From contig CAZSXT010000002.1 in NCBI GenBank assembly GCA_964611435.1, forward strand, positions 64,308 through 128,307: DNA of 64,000 nt, given 5' to 3'. This document shows, piece by piece, positions 11,008-20,655 of the stretch (its first letter is position 1; every line of letters begins with the position of its first letter). The position numbers were made by a program, and so were the translations under genes. Origin of the DNA: an uncultured Rhodospirillaceae bacterium (GTDB taxonomy: Bacteria; Pseudomonadota; Alphaproteobacteria; Rhodospirillales; UBA2165). The notes under the pieces were generated by a model that was not told the DNA's origin, searched no databases, and was given only the letters and a program-made list of their open reading frames with translations.

Positions 11008-12909
11008 ATGTCTATTAGAACCATCGTCAGTGGCAGCCGGTTCCTGGCCAACGCGACCGCCTTCGGCCTGGCGTGTTTCGCCATCTACGTGTCCGGATTC
11101 GGCGTGTTCGACGAAGTCTGGGTGCGTGCCGGCACGGTCGGACTTTCCATGATCGTTTCGATCCTGATGTTCTCCGAACCTAATTTGGAACAGATGAAGG
11201 AAACCGTGAGCGTTCGCGACCTCTTGGAAAACGGGGTGCTGATGGCGTTGCTGGCGGTCAGTTTCTATCTCTGGATCACCCTGATGCTAGAACAGGACGA
11301 GGCCTTCGTCGATTTTTCCCTCGCTGACTATGTCTGGGGCTATGTAGGGTTTGCCTTGGCGTTCTGGCTAACCCTGAGACACTTCGGCCTGCCGCTTTTC
11401 ATCGTTTGCCTGATCGCCTTTGTCTTTATCGTCTTCGGTTACATGATCCCCGGCGGACTCGCTATCCCTGATTTTGGCTGGACCCGGCTCTCGGAGAACA
11501 TCTGGTACAGTTTCGACGGGATATTCGGCCGGCCCGTCGCGGTGGTGGGGCAGATTGTTCTGATCTTTATCATTTTCGGCGCAATCCTCGAGACCAGCGG
11601 CGCCGGCGCCACCATGCTCAAGTTCGCTTTCGCCATTACTGGCCGGATGCGCGGTGGCCCGGCGCACGCCGCGATCATCGGCAGCGCCATGTTTGGCACC
11701 ATGAACGGCGCAGCGGTGGCCAACGTGGTATCCACCGGTGTCTTCACCATCCCCATGATCAAGCGAACCGGCTTCCAGCCCAAGTTCGCGGGCGCGGTCG
11801 AGGCCACCGCATCGACGGGCGGCCAGATCATGCCGCCGGTGATGGGCGCGGTCGCTTTCCTGATGGCCGACATCACCGGCATTTCATACCTGAAGATTAT
11901 CGTCGCCGCAGCGATCCCCGCGCTCTTGTATTACCTCAGTCTGTTTTCCGTGGTCTGGCTGGAAGCCCGCAAACAGGGCATCGCACCGGTACCGCCCAAA
12001 GAGCGGGAACATCTAACAGGCGCGGACTGGGTGAAGTCCCTGTCTTTCTTTGTCCCCTTGGGCGTCATCGTCTACGTGCTGCTGACCGGGCGCACGGCTC
12101 AGGCGGCTGGGTTTTTCGGCATGCTGACGGCGTTTGTGCTGTCACTGATTTTTTATCCCGAGTTCCGCTCTATCAAAGCAATCATCAACAGCCTGGTCCG
12201 GGCGGGTCGCACCTGCGCCACCATCATGATCGTGGTCGCCGCCATCGGCTTTGTGGTCGGCGCCATCAACATGTCGGGCCTGGGGATCAAATTCGCCGCC
12301 GCCATCCTCAGCGTCGCCGGGGAAAGCCTATTCTTGTCGCTATTGATGGTGATGGCCGGTTGTCTGGTCCTGGGAATGGGCGTGCCCACGGGCGCGGCCT
12401 ATCTGATCATTGTGCTGGTGATCGGTCCGGCGCTGGGCAAGTTGGGCCTGTCGATACTCCTGACCCATTTATTCGTCGTCTACTACGGCGTTCTATCGGC
12501 GATCACCCCGCCTGTAGCCATCGCCGCTTTTGCCGCCGCGCCCATTGCCGGCTCCAAACCGATTGAGACAGGCATGGTCGCCGTACGCCTGGCGGCGGCC
12601 GGCTTCCTGATTCCGTTCGTGTTTATCTATCACCCGGCGCTGGTGCTGATCGAAGGGTGGGATGTCGCAAATCTGGCTTGGGGTTTGGCCGCCTTTGCTC
12701 TGTCCACCGCCGCGCTGGCCACCGCGTTCGCAAATTTCTCACTTGCCAAAATCAATCGCGTGCAACAGATCATCCGAATCATTGCCGGTCTCGCCGTCCT
12801 GGTGCCCGATGTTACTGTCTCCGGTGTTTCGGCGCTTGTCATCATCGCCGCGCTAGGCTGGGAGGCAATGACCTACCGGCGGACCTCCGGCCCAACCCCC
12901 GTGGGCTAG
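11008..12909 (+). CDS. TRAP transporter fused permease (TAXI type)
   Basis: 633-aa polytopic membrane protein immediately upstream of a TAXI solute-binding gene. Confidence 0.9.
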   Translation: MSIRTIVSGSRFLANATAFGLACFAIYVSGFGVFDEVWVRAGTVGLSMIVSILMFSEPNLEQMKETVSVRDLLENGVLMALLAVSFYLWITLMLEQDEAFVDFSLADYVWGYVGFALAFWLTLRHFGLPLFIVCLIAFVFIVFGYMIPGGLAIPDFGWTRLSENIWYSFDGIFGRPVAVVGQIVLIFIIFGAILETSGAGATMLKFAFAITGRMRGGPAHAAIIGSAMFGTMNGAAVANVVSTGVFTIPMIKRTGFQPKFAGAVEATASTGGQIMPPVMGAVAFLMADITGISYLKIIVAAAIPALLYYLSLFSVVWLEARKQGIAPVPPKEREHLTGADWVKSLSFFVPLGVIVYVLLTGRTAQAAGFFGMLTAFVLSLIFYPEFRSIKAIINSLVRAGRTCATIMIVVAAIGFVVGAINMSGLGIKFAAAILSVAGESLFLSLLMVMAGCLVLGMGVPTGAAYLIIVLVIGPALGKLGLSILLTHLFVVYYGVLSAITPPVAIAAFAAAPIAGSKPIETGMVAVRLAAAGFLIPFVFIYHPALVLIEGWDVANLAWGLAAFALSTAALATAFANFSLAKINRVQQIIRIIAGLAVLVPDVTVSGVSALVIIAALGWEAMTYRRTSGPTPVG

Positions 12910-12965
12910 CAAGGAAATCGAATACCGGGTAACATTTGTTCAACTATTATACAGAGGAGGACTCC

Positions 12966-13967
12966 ATGACACGTAAAACACTCTCACTTTTGGGCGTCGC
13001 GGCGCTGAGCGCCGGCCTGATGATCAACGGACCGGCAGCGGCCCAAAAAACCCAATTGAAAATGTCGACCATCGCACCGGGTTCATCCATGTATTTGGTG
13101 ATGACCACCATGGCCAACCTGGTAAACCAAAACCTCAAGGACGTTGAAATCAACGTCGATGCGACGGGTGCGGCAACTAAGCACATGGTCGATGTGGGCC
13201 GCGAAAAAATCGACATGTCGATGACCTCGCCAACGGTCTACAACTTCATGGCCAAGGGCGTCGCCATGTACAAGAAGCTGAAAGACGCGCCCAAGCTCGC
13301 CAAGAATTTGCGTGTGCTGTTTTGGTTCCCGTTGGGCGCCTATCACTATGTCACGTATGCGGATTCCGGCATCACCAAGCTGGAGGACATCAAAGGCAAG
13401 CGCGTCTTTTTGGGCCCTCCGGGCGGCGGCCAGTGGAACACAGCGCGCGTTTTCCTGCAGGGCGTCACCGGTCTAAAAGTGAATGCCGATTATTCGAACG
13501 TGAAGGCGAGCTTTGCCGCCGCACAACAGTCGTTTCAGGATCGCCAGATTGATGTCTGGACGGTCGCTTGCATCGATCCGTGCGCCGTACTCCAACAAGT
13601 GACCGCCACCTCGAAAATTCGCTTTCTGGGCACCAGCGATCCAAACGGCAACAAACATCCGGGCCTGTCCAAGTTCTTCGTGGCGGGACGCACCTGGGAC
13701 AAGATCAAAAACGGAATCTATGGTCCAAACCAGGAGCCCAAGGCCGACGTCTATTCCAACGGGGCCGTGCTGGGCGTGACCGCGCGCTCCACGCTCTCCA
13801 ACGATCTGGTCTACAGAATGATGAAGACCTATTGGACTGAGTTGGACAAAATTCGGGCCAACGCACCATGGACGGAAACGGTTACCCTGGACTATGCGAC
13901 CCAGAAGCACACCCTGCCGTTCCACCCCGGCGCGGAAAAGTTCTATAAGGAAATCGGCAAAATGTAG
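12966..13967 (+). CDS. TAXI-family TRAP transporter solute-binding protein
   Basis: The ATG at 12966 follows GAGGAGG. It has a signal peptide (MTRKTLSLLGVAALSAGLMINGPAAAQ) and a C-terminal LPFHPGAEKFYKE motif. Confidence 0.9.
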   Translation: MTRKTLSLLGVAALSAGLMINGPAAAQKTQLKMSTIAPGSSMYLVMTTMANLVNQNLKDVEINVDATGAATKHMVDVGREKIDMSMTSPTVYNFMAKGVAMYKKLKDAPKLAKNLRVLFWFPLGAYHYVTYADSGITKLEDIKGKRVFLGPPGGGQWNTARVFLQGVTGLKVNADYSNVKASFAAAQQSFQDRQIDVWTVACIDPCAVLQQVTATSKIRFLGTSDPNGNKHPGLSKFFVAGRTWDKIKNGIYGPNQEPKADVYSNGAVLGVTARSTLSNDLVYRMMKTYWTELDKIRANAPWTETVTLDYATQKHTLPFHPGAEKFYKEIGKM

Positions 13968-13996
13968 TGCTGCCGATTGGATGACGACTATAAGAG

Positions 13997-14028
13997 ACCG
14001 GGCCTCGTCGAAGGCCCGGTTTTCTTTT
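13997..14028 (+). terminator. rho-independent terminator (probably bidirectional)
   Basis: Perfect 9-bp stem accgggcct / aggcccggt with loop cgtcga, followed by tttctttt. It lies between convergent genes. Confidence 0.7.
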
Positions 14029-14033
14029 GGCGC

Positions 14034-15122
14034 TTAGAGAAGAGAGAGCTGATCGCCGGGCGCCGGCGGCGGGGCGAACAGATCGCAATTCAATTCGGGC
14101 GTTTCCTTGCGCTGATTGAGGTCCAGCTTTCTCGCCGCCGCCTTAAACCTTTTGGACAGCATCTGTGCATAGGCCCCGGTGCCGGACATGCGCACCCCAA
14201 ATCCGGCGGCGTTCAACTGCCCGTCCCGGGATTGACGGATCAGGCTCAGCACCTTGTCCGCCCGGTCGGGGAAATGCGCCCGGAGCCAGTCGCTGAACAT
14301 CTCCTTCAGCTCCCGCGGCAGACGTAGAAAGATATAGCCCGCATCCTTCGCGCCGGCTTCGGCACAAGTCTCCAAAATTTGCTCCAGCTCCATATCGTTG
14401 ATCGCCGGAATCATCGGCGACGCCAACACGCCCGCCGGGATGCCCGCCGCGTTTAACTCCCGAATGGCGCGGAGGCGCTGGATCGGCGTGCCGGCACGAG
14501 GCTCCATATGCCGGGCCAGGTTGGCGTCCAACGTGGTGACCGAGACCATGACGTGAACCAGATCGTCCGCCGCCATTTCGGACAAAATATCGACGTCGCG
14601 CAAAACCCGCGACGACTTGGTGATGATAGAGACCGGATGGCGGAAATCGCACAGCACCTCCAAAACCCCGCGAGTGATCTCCAGCTCTTTTTCCAATGGC
14701 TGATAAGCATCCGTGTTTACACCGATGGCCATCGGCCTCGCGATATAGCCTGGTTTCCGCAACTCGTCAGCCAACAGTGTAGGCGCGTTGCGTTTGGCGA
14801 AGATTTTGGTCTCGAAATCCAGACCGGGAGAGAGACTGAGATACGCGTGGGTCGGCCGGGCGAAACAATAAATGCATCCATGCTCGCATCCCCGGTACGG
14901 ATTGACCGACCGATCAAAGGGGACATCTGGGGATGAATTGCGGGCGATCACCGAGCGGGATGCGTCATCGAACCACTGGGTCGCCAGCTTGGGCGCCAGC
15001 TCGTCATCCTCTTGCCACCAGCCGTCATCGGTACGGATGCGGGACTGCGGATCGAACCGGTTAGCCGGGTTGCCCACCGCCCCGCGCCCCTTTCGGGCCC
15101 TGTCGGGAAGCGTATCAATCAT
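14034..15122 (-). CDS. radical SAM protein (PA0069-like family)
   Basis: 362 aa with CEHGCIYC (CxxxCxxC) and an N-terminal KGRGAVGNPANRF motif. Confidence 0.85.
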   Translation of the reverse strand: MIDTLPDRARKGRGAVGNPANRFDPQSRIRTDDGWWQEDDELAPKLATQWFDDASRSVIARNSSPDVPFDRSVNPYRGCEHGCIYCFARPTHAYLSLSPGLDFETKIFAKRNAPTLLADELRKPGYIARPMAIGVNTDAYQPLEKELEITRGVLEVLCDFRHPVSIITKSSRVLRDVDILSEMAADDLVHVMVSVTTLDANLARHMEPRAGTPIQRLRAIRELNAAGIPAGVLASPMIPAINDMELEQILETCAEAGAKDAGYIFLRLPRELKEMFSDWLRAHFPDRADKVLSLIRQSRDGQLNAAGFGVRMSGTGAYAQMLSKRFKAAARKLDLNQRKETPELNCDLFAPPPAPGDQLSLL

Positions 15123-15207
15123 CTCTCGAGGCTAGATCAAGGAATAGAACATTTCAAGAACATTTGCCGGCGTTTTGCCCCCCGTTCCTCATGCTATAGT
15201 CCGGGCC

Positions 15208-15873
15208 ATGTTGAGTGTCGTCATCCCCACCCTGAACGCCGCAGAGAGCCTGCCCGCCACATTGGAGAACATCAGAGCGGCCGCGGCGGAAATCATTATT
15301 GCCGACGGGGGCTCCGCCGACGGGACGCAAGCGCTGGCCGATGGTCTGGGCGCAACGGTGATAGATGCGCCTCCCGGCCGGGGATCACAATTGGCCACCG
15401 GGGCAGAGCCGGCGAAGGGCGAGTGGCTGATGTTCCTGCATGCCGACACGATCCTGGAAACCGGCTGGGCGGAGGCCGCGCACACCTTCATGGCCGACCC
15501 GAACAATGAGAATCGCGCCGCTGTCTTTACTTTTGCCCTCGACGATCCTCACCCCAAAGCCCGGCGGATCGAGCGCTGGGTCGCCTGGCGCTGCCGCAAA
15601 TGGGCGCTGCCCTATGGGGATCAGGGGCTGCTGATCTCCCGCGCGTTTTACGACTCAATCGGCGGGTTCAAACCCATCCCCCTCTATGAAGACGTGGACA
15701 TCATCCTCCGCATCGGGCGGGCGCGGCTGGATGTTCTTGCCCCCAAAGCCATCACTTCCGCCATCCGTTATCAACGGGGCGGCTATACGTTGAGACCGTT
15801 GCGCAACCTGACCTGTCTTTCATTGTATTTCGCCGGCGTGGCGCCCCGCGTGATCGGGAGGCTGTACAAGTGA
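15208..15873 (+). CDS. family-2 glycosyltransferase, TIGR04283-like
   Basis: MLSVVIPTLNAAESL...IIIADGGSADGT...WLMFLHADT. Its stop overlaps the start of the next gene (GTGA). Confidence 0.75.
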   Translation: MLSVVIPTLNAAESLPATLENIRAAAAEIIIADGGSADGTQALADGLGATVIDAPPGRGSQLATGAEPAKGEWLMFLHADTILETGWAEAAHTFMADPNNENRAAVFTFALDDPHPKARRIERWVAWRCRKWALPYGDQGLLISRAFYDSIGGFKPIPLYEDVDIILRIGRARLDVLAPKAITSAIRYQRGGYTLRPLRNLTCLSLYFAGVAPRVIGRLYK

Positions 15874-16475
15874 CCCCCACCCTCGTCATTTTCGCCAAGG
15901 CGCCCCAGGCCGGTCAGGTTAAACGCCGGCTCGCCGCCGCCATCGGCGATGTGAGTGCGGCGCAGTTCTACCGGCACACGTTGTCCACGATGGTCCGACG
16001 GCTCGGCAATGATCCCCGCTGGAAAACCATTCTCGCCGTGACGCCCGACCGGGCGGCGCGGCCGCTTGCGGTTCACTATAACATCCCGGCGGCCCCACAA
16101 GCGGGTGGCGACTTGGGTGACCGCATGAACCGGGCAATGCAAGCGTTGCCACCGGGGCCGGTGGTGATCATTGGGTCGGACATTCCGGATATTCGCCCGG
16201 CCCATATTCAACAGGCGTTCAAGGCCCTCGGCGATCATGACGCCGTGTTCGGACCGGGCGAAGACGGCGGTTACTGGCTGGTGGGATTGCGCCGCCGGCC
16301 CATGATCCCGTCCATCTTCGGCGATGTGCGCTGGTCCACAGAACATGCTCTCAATGATACGTTGGCGAACTTCAGCGATGGCGCAAAGATCGCCACGCTG
16401 GAGACGCTCAACGATATCGATACGGGGGGAGACTATTTCGCCTGGCGGCGGCGGACCTTCGGGATGGCGGGCTGA
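15870..16475 (+). CDS. DUF2064 / TIGR04282-like transferase
   Basis: 201 aa with LVIFAKAPQAGQVKRRL and IGSDIPD motifs. It is translationally coupled to the preceding GT2 gene. Confidence 0.7.
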   Translation: MTPTLVIFAKAPQAGQVKRRLAAAIGDVSAAQFYRHTLSTMVRRLGNDPRWKTILAVTPDRAARPLAVHYNIPAAPQAGGDLGDRMNRAMQALPPGPVVIIGSDIPDIRPAHIQQAFKALGDHDAVFGPGEDGGYWLVGLRRRPMIPSIFGDVRWSTEHALNDTLANFSDGAKIATLETLNDIDTGGDYFAWRRRTFGMAG

Positions 16476-16489
16476 GGCCGGGCCCCCAG

Positions 16490-17074
16490 CTATTTCTCCA
16501 TCAGCCGTGGCATCAGTTCCACGAAGTTGCACGGCTTGAACCGGTAGTCCAACTGATGCACCAGGATGTCGTCCCAGGCGTCGCGGCAGGCGCTCGGGCT
16601 TCCCGGCAGCGCAAACAGATAGGTGCCGCCGGAAACGCCAGCAGTGGCCCGGGACTGAATGGTCGAGGTGCCGATTTTTTCGAAGCTCATCATGCGGAAC
16701 AACTCGCCGAAGCCCGGAACATCCTTGTCATAGACCGATTGAAAGGCTTCAGGCGTGACGTCCCGGCCGGTAACCCCGGTGCCCCCGGTGGCCAGCACCA
16801 CATCGATCTTCTTGTCTTTGATCCACGCATTAAGCTGCTTAACGATTCTGGCCTGATCGTCCGGTACGATAGCCCGCGCCGCCAGTTCATGCCCAGCCGC
16901 CTGCAACCGATCGGCAAGCAGATCACCGGACTTGTCGTCTCTCTTGGTCCGCGTATCGGATACGGTCATCACCGCGATATTGACGGGAAGAAATTTGCGC
17001 GGTTGGGACGCTGCGGTGACGCGACGCTTGGCGGCGGATTTCTTTTTTGCAGCCGCCTTACTTTTCCTTGCCAT
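16490..17074 (-). CDS. moaB: molybdenum cofactor biosynthesis protein B
   Basis: The core is IAVMTVSDTRT...SGDLL...TGGTGVTGRD. It has an unusual Lys/Ala-rich 30-aa N-terminal extension. The start overlaps the slt stop by 17 nt. Confidence 0.8.
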   Translation of the reverse strand: MARKSKAAAKKKSAAKRRVTAASQPRKFLPVNIAVMTVSDTRTKRDDKSGDLLADRLQAAGHELAARAIVPDDQARIVKQLNAWIKDKKIDVVLATGGTGVTGRDVTPEAFQSVYDKDVPGFGELFRMMSFEKIGTSTIQSRATAGVSGGTYLFALPGSPSACRDAWDDILVHQLDYRFKPCNFVELMPRLMEK

Positions 17075-18953
17075 CTTCGGCCACCTCTACGCCATTAAGC
17101 CGCTCCGAATGATAGACCGGCCATTTGCCGGCCGCCACCGCAACGAGGGAATTCATGGGCTGGCGGAACCTCGCCCGGTAAATCCAATAATTGGTCAGCA
17201 CCTTTTCAACAAAGATGCGGGTTTCTCGCGCCGGGATGCTCTCGATGAACAGCAGGGCGTCATCATCGTGTTTCACCTTGCGGGTCCATTTATTAAGATT
17301 GCCCGGTCCTGCGTTCCAGGCGATCACCATGCGGAACAGATCGCCGCTGATGCGTTTGTCCGACAACAGGATATCAATATAGCGCTGACCCAGGGCAATG
17401 TTGGTTTCCGGATCAAATAGCTCGGAGCGTTTGGACCCCCGGAAGCGACGATCCCGGGCGACGAAGCTCGCCGTGCCGGGCATCAACTGCATGAGACCGC
17501 GCGCTCCCCGGTGGGATTTGGCCTTGGGATTAAATCCCGATTCCTGACGGACGATGGCCAGGATCAGTTCCCGGTCGATGACCTCCTCGCCTTCGGTCTT
17601 CAAGTTGGGCGCCGGATAGGCCGTGCTGTCGTGGAGTTCTGATCCGGACTGCACCAGCATATTGCCCAGCCGCATGGCCAGCGACGGCATATTTGCCCGG
17701 TCTGCCAGCGCCAGCATGGCCCGCGCCAGTTCCGGCTTGGCTGATGAAAACACCAGACGCAGTTCCCGCTCGGCACGCCGGTCCTCGCCGATCTGCAACA
17801 GCGTCACTGCCCGGCGTCCGCCGGGTTCGGTGGACAATTCCGCCACGGCCTCCTGGGCCAAAGGCGGCGGGGTCCAATCGTAATCCAAATCCCGGTCCAA
17901 CAGTTTTGCGGCGAGAATGCCGTAGAACGTGCGGGGATGCTCGGCCGCCTGCTTCATATATTTGTTAAAGTCCTGCGGCCGCCTGATCTTGATGCTGGCC
18001 CGGCCCGCCCAGAACGCCCCGGCCGTGGTCAACCAAGCAGACGTATAATCCGACCGCGAAACGGCATGGAAATGATCCCGGGCCCGGCGATACTGTTTCA
18101 GCCGCCAGGACGCCAGCGCCGCCGTCCAATGAGCTTCCGGCAGGTACTTCCCCGAATTCTTGGCGGCTTTCTCTGCCCAGTCCAAGGCCCATTTGTCCCG
18201 GCCGGCGGCATAATACCCGGCGGCAAGCTTAGCCATGAGTCGGTCTTTTTGTACCGGATGAAGGAGCTGATTGACCCGTTTCTTGGCGATCAGTTTTTTG
18301 AACGCCAGGGTCCAGCCCTTGCGGGAATAGTACCGGAGCCGGCGCTCATAGCCGCGCATCTCCTTGTATTCGGCCTTGGTCAGTTTTTTGCGCGGGTTGT
18401 AGACAAGATAACCGATACGCCGGCCGTCATGGCCTGATCCGCCAAGAGCGATGCCCGACGGCTCTTTCGGCAGTTTCCAGTTCTTGGGCCGGCGCTTCAG
18501 CGCCAGACGGTAAACACGGCTGGCTTCCGGATGGTCGGCATACTTGTCCATCCAGTCTTTCAGCTCGGTATACTTTGAACGATATTTCTTCGGATGGAGA
18601 TAACGCTGCGCCAGCACATGCCCCATCAGGATACGATCTTCGAGAGAACGGATTATCTTGTCGGCGGTTTTCCACTCCCCCTCTTTTTGTAGGCGGAAAA
18701 TCACCCGGTAACGGCTGACGTCAGCTGCCGACAAAATCGCCGGCAATTCCTCTGAGGTCCAGCGCTGCACCTTGTCGCCGGGCTGCAGGTATTTATCGAG
18801 ATCAATCTTTTCCCTGTAGATCGGCTTGATGCCGGGAGACACAAACAGATGTGGCGGCGCCTTGGCGACAGATTTGGCGGCCGAAACAGGATCTAACCCG
18901 ATCAGCAACAGGGATACGGCAAGGACAGAGCCAAGTAGAATTCGATAAATCAT
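17058..18953 (-). CDS. soluble lytic murein transglycosylase (Slt70-like)
   Basis: 631 aa with a signal peptide and a C-terminal SLT domain (RQESGFNP...GLMQLMP...AWNAGPGN). Confidence 0.85.
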   Translation of the reverse strand: MIYRILLGSVLAVSLLLIGLDPVSAAKSVAKAPPHLFVSPGIKPIYREKIDLDKYLQPGDKVQRWTSEELPAILSAADVSRYRVIFRLQKEGEWKTADKIIRSLEDRILMGHVLAQRYLHPKKYRSKYTELKDWMDKYADHPEASRVYRLALKRRPKNWKLPKEPSGIALGGSGHDGRRIGYLVYNPRKKLTKAEYKEMRGYERRLRYYSRKGWTLAFKKLIAKKRVNQLLHPVQKDRLMAKLAAGYYAAGRDKWALDWAEKAAKNSGKYLPEAHWTAALASWRLKQYRRARDHFHAVSRSDYTSAWLTTAGAFWAGRASIKIRRPQDFNKYMKQAAEHPRTFYGILAAKLLDRDLDYDWTPPPLAQEAVAELSTEPGGRRAVTLLQIGEDRRAERELRLVFSSAKPELARAMLALADRANMPSLAMRLGNMLVQSGSELHDSTAYPAPNLKTEGEEVIDRELILAIVRQESGFNPKAKSHRGARGLMQLMPGTASFVARDRRFRGSKRSELFDPETNIALGQRYIDILLSDKRISGDLFRMVIAWNAGPGNLNKWTRKVKHDDDALLFIESIPARETRIFVEKVLTNYWIYRARFRQPMNSLVAVAAGKWPVYHSERLNGVEVAEDGKEK

Positions 18954-19136
18954 GGGATCTATGCGGGGAATTAAGTCCTCAAAAGCCCAAAGTGTAAATT
19001 ATTTCACGCCACCCAGGTTTCCCAAAGCATACGGGAACCGCCGAATCCAGGCAATAGGCGCGTCGAAAATCCAGGTTCCAGGTTTCCAGGATCATTTTGA
19101 CCTGGTTTCGCCGAAAATCAGTTCGAAATCAGGCGG

Positions 19137-19748
19137 CTAGATATCGGGCGGCTGTAGGAACCAGCCGGTCAGAATGTACTTTTGGCCGGAGATCGTTGGG
19201 CAGCCGCGATGAGCATGGGTCCATTCCGCCGGCCAGATGATGGTTTTTCCGGCTTCTGGCTTAATCTTTAGACCGAAATGGGGAAATTCGGTTTCTCCAC
19301 CCTCTTCCACATCATTGAGATATGTCATCCAAACCAGGATACGGTTGAGAACCGAATACTCCATCCGTTCGGAGTGGATGCGGGAAAAATGCCCGCCCAC
19401 TTCGTACTTTTGAAAATTAAAGGCGCCGACAAGAGTCCGGGTCAAATACGACTTCAAAAACGGCCATTGATCACAATAGTCCCGATAGCACTCGTGTAGT
19501 GCCGCCAAATAGTCATTGAACGGCTCATAGCCCGGTTTTTCCAGATCGACCGGCTCTATTGTCACATCTGTACTTTTCTTGTGTCTTTCATCGATTGCGC
19601 CGGTACCGATGGCGCCGGCCCTGTGCAAATTACTGTGCGTTTTGTGAAATTCGATCAGGTCTTCGCATAGTTCGGGGGGCAGGGCTGACCAAACGCTGAT
19701 AAAGTTAGCGTTTTCCGGTGCGCTAAATTCTATACGATTCTCTTTCAT
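19137..19748 (-). CDS. 2OG-Fe(II) oxygenase superfamily protein
   Basis: 203 aa with YEVGGHFSRIHSE (HxE) ... WPAEWTHAHRG, a double-stranded beta-helix signature. Confidence 0.7.
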   Translation of the reverse strand: MKENRIEFSAPENANFISVWSALPPELCEDLIEFHKTHSNLHRAGAIGTGAIDERHKKSTDVTIEPVDLEKPGYEPFNDYLAALHECYRDYCDQWPFLKSYLTRTLVGAFNFQKYEVGGHFSRIHSERMEYSVLNRILVWMTYLNDVEEGGETEFPHFGLKIKPEAGKTIIWPAEWTHAHRGCPTISGQKYILTGWFLQPPDI

Positions 19749-19774
19749 CCGCTCGGCTCCTTACGCCCATACCT

Positions 19775-20620
19775 TTAACGCCAGCTCTTATCCACTCGCC
19801 GAGGAACATCAGCGTCGGTAGGGAATTCAACGGCGCCCTTATTATGCCCCACAAGAACAAAATCTGCTTCCCCCTCGGCATACATTTCAATGAACTGGGA
19901 GGCGAGGCCCATATAATGTATGGCCTCTTCATTGCGTCCGACGATGCTTAATGCGACGGACAATTCCCGGGCGATCGAGAGATCATCCGGGTTTAGCTTG
20001 TAGGCCTCTTCCAGACTGCTCAAGGCCTGCTCATGAAAATAATTTTTCTTCAACAAACTTCCCAGGTGATGGTGAGCCTTAGCGTGGAAAGGATCGAGCA
20101 TAAGAGAGCGCTTATAGGCGATGATCGCCTCTTCCTCGCGTTCCAATTCTTTCAAACACTCTCCCATCTCGAAATGCGCGTCCGGCAGTTCGCCTTCAAG
20201 CGCCAGCGCCCGTTCGAGATAGCTGAGCGCCAGTTCCCATTGCTTGCCGTCATTGAAAAGTTTACCGAGATTGACCAAAGCATCCAGAGAATTCGGATCG
20301 AGTGACAGAGCCCTTTCAAAACTCGCTTGAGCCGCGCCTCTTTGGACGTTGGCCTGAAACACCTGGCCCAGAGCAATATGCCCCTCGATGAAATCGGGTT
20401 TCGCTTCAATTGCCGTCTCGAGACAAGATTTGGCTTGTTGGTACTCGCCCCGCCCCAAATGATTCTGGCCCAATATATAATTGCCGTAAATGTTTTGGGG
20501 ATCGGCGCCAACGATCTTTTCCGCTGCTGCCGCGGCGTCCGGCATCCGACCGTCATTGAAATAACCTACGGCTTCCGCCGTCAACGCCTGGATGTTTACC
20601 GTTTCATTTGGCATAGGCAT
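19775..20620 (-). CDS. tetratricopeptide-repeat protein
   Basis: 281 aa with serial 34-aa TPR-like units (A..SFERALSLDPNS, ALSYLERALAL and others). It lies 26 nt upstream of the oxygenase gene. Confidence 0.8.
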   Translation of the reverse strand: MPMPNETVNIQALTAEAVGYFNDGRMPDAAAAAEKIVGADPQNIYGNYILGQNHLGRGEYQQAKSCLETAIEAKPDFIEGHIALGQVFQANVQRGAAQASFERALSLDPNSLDALVNLGKLFNDGKQWELALSYLERALALEGELPDAHFEMGECLKELEREEEAIIAYKRSLMLDPFHAKAHHHLGSLLKKNYFHEQALSSLEEAYKLNPDDLSIARELSVALSIVGRNEEAIHYMGLASQFIEMYAEGEADFVLVGHNKGAVEFPTDADVPRRVDKSWR

Positions 20621-20655
20621 AAACTAGCCATAGAGCACGTGGAACACCAGCCCTG

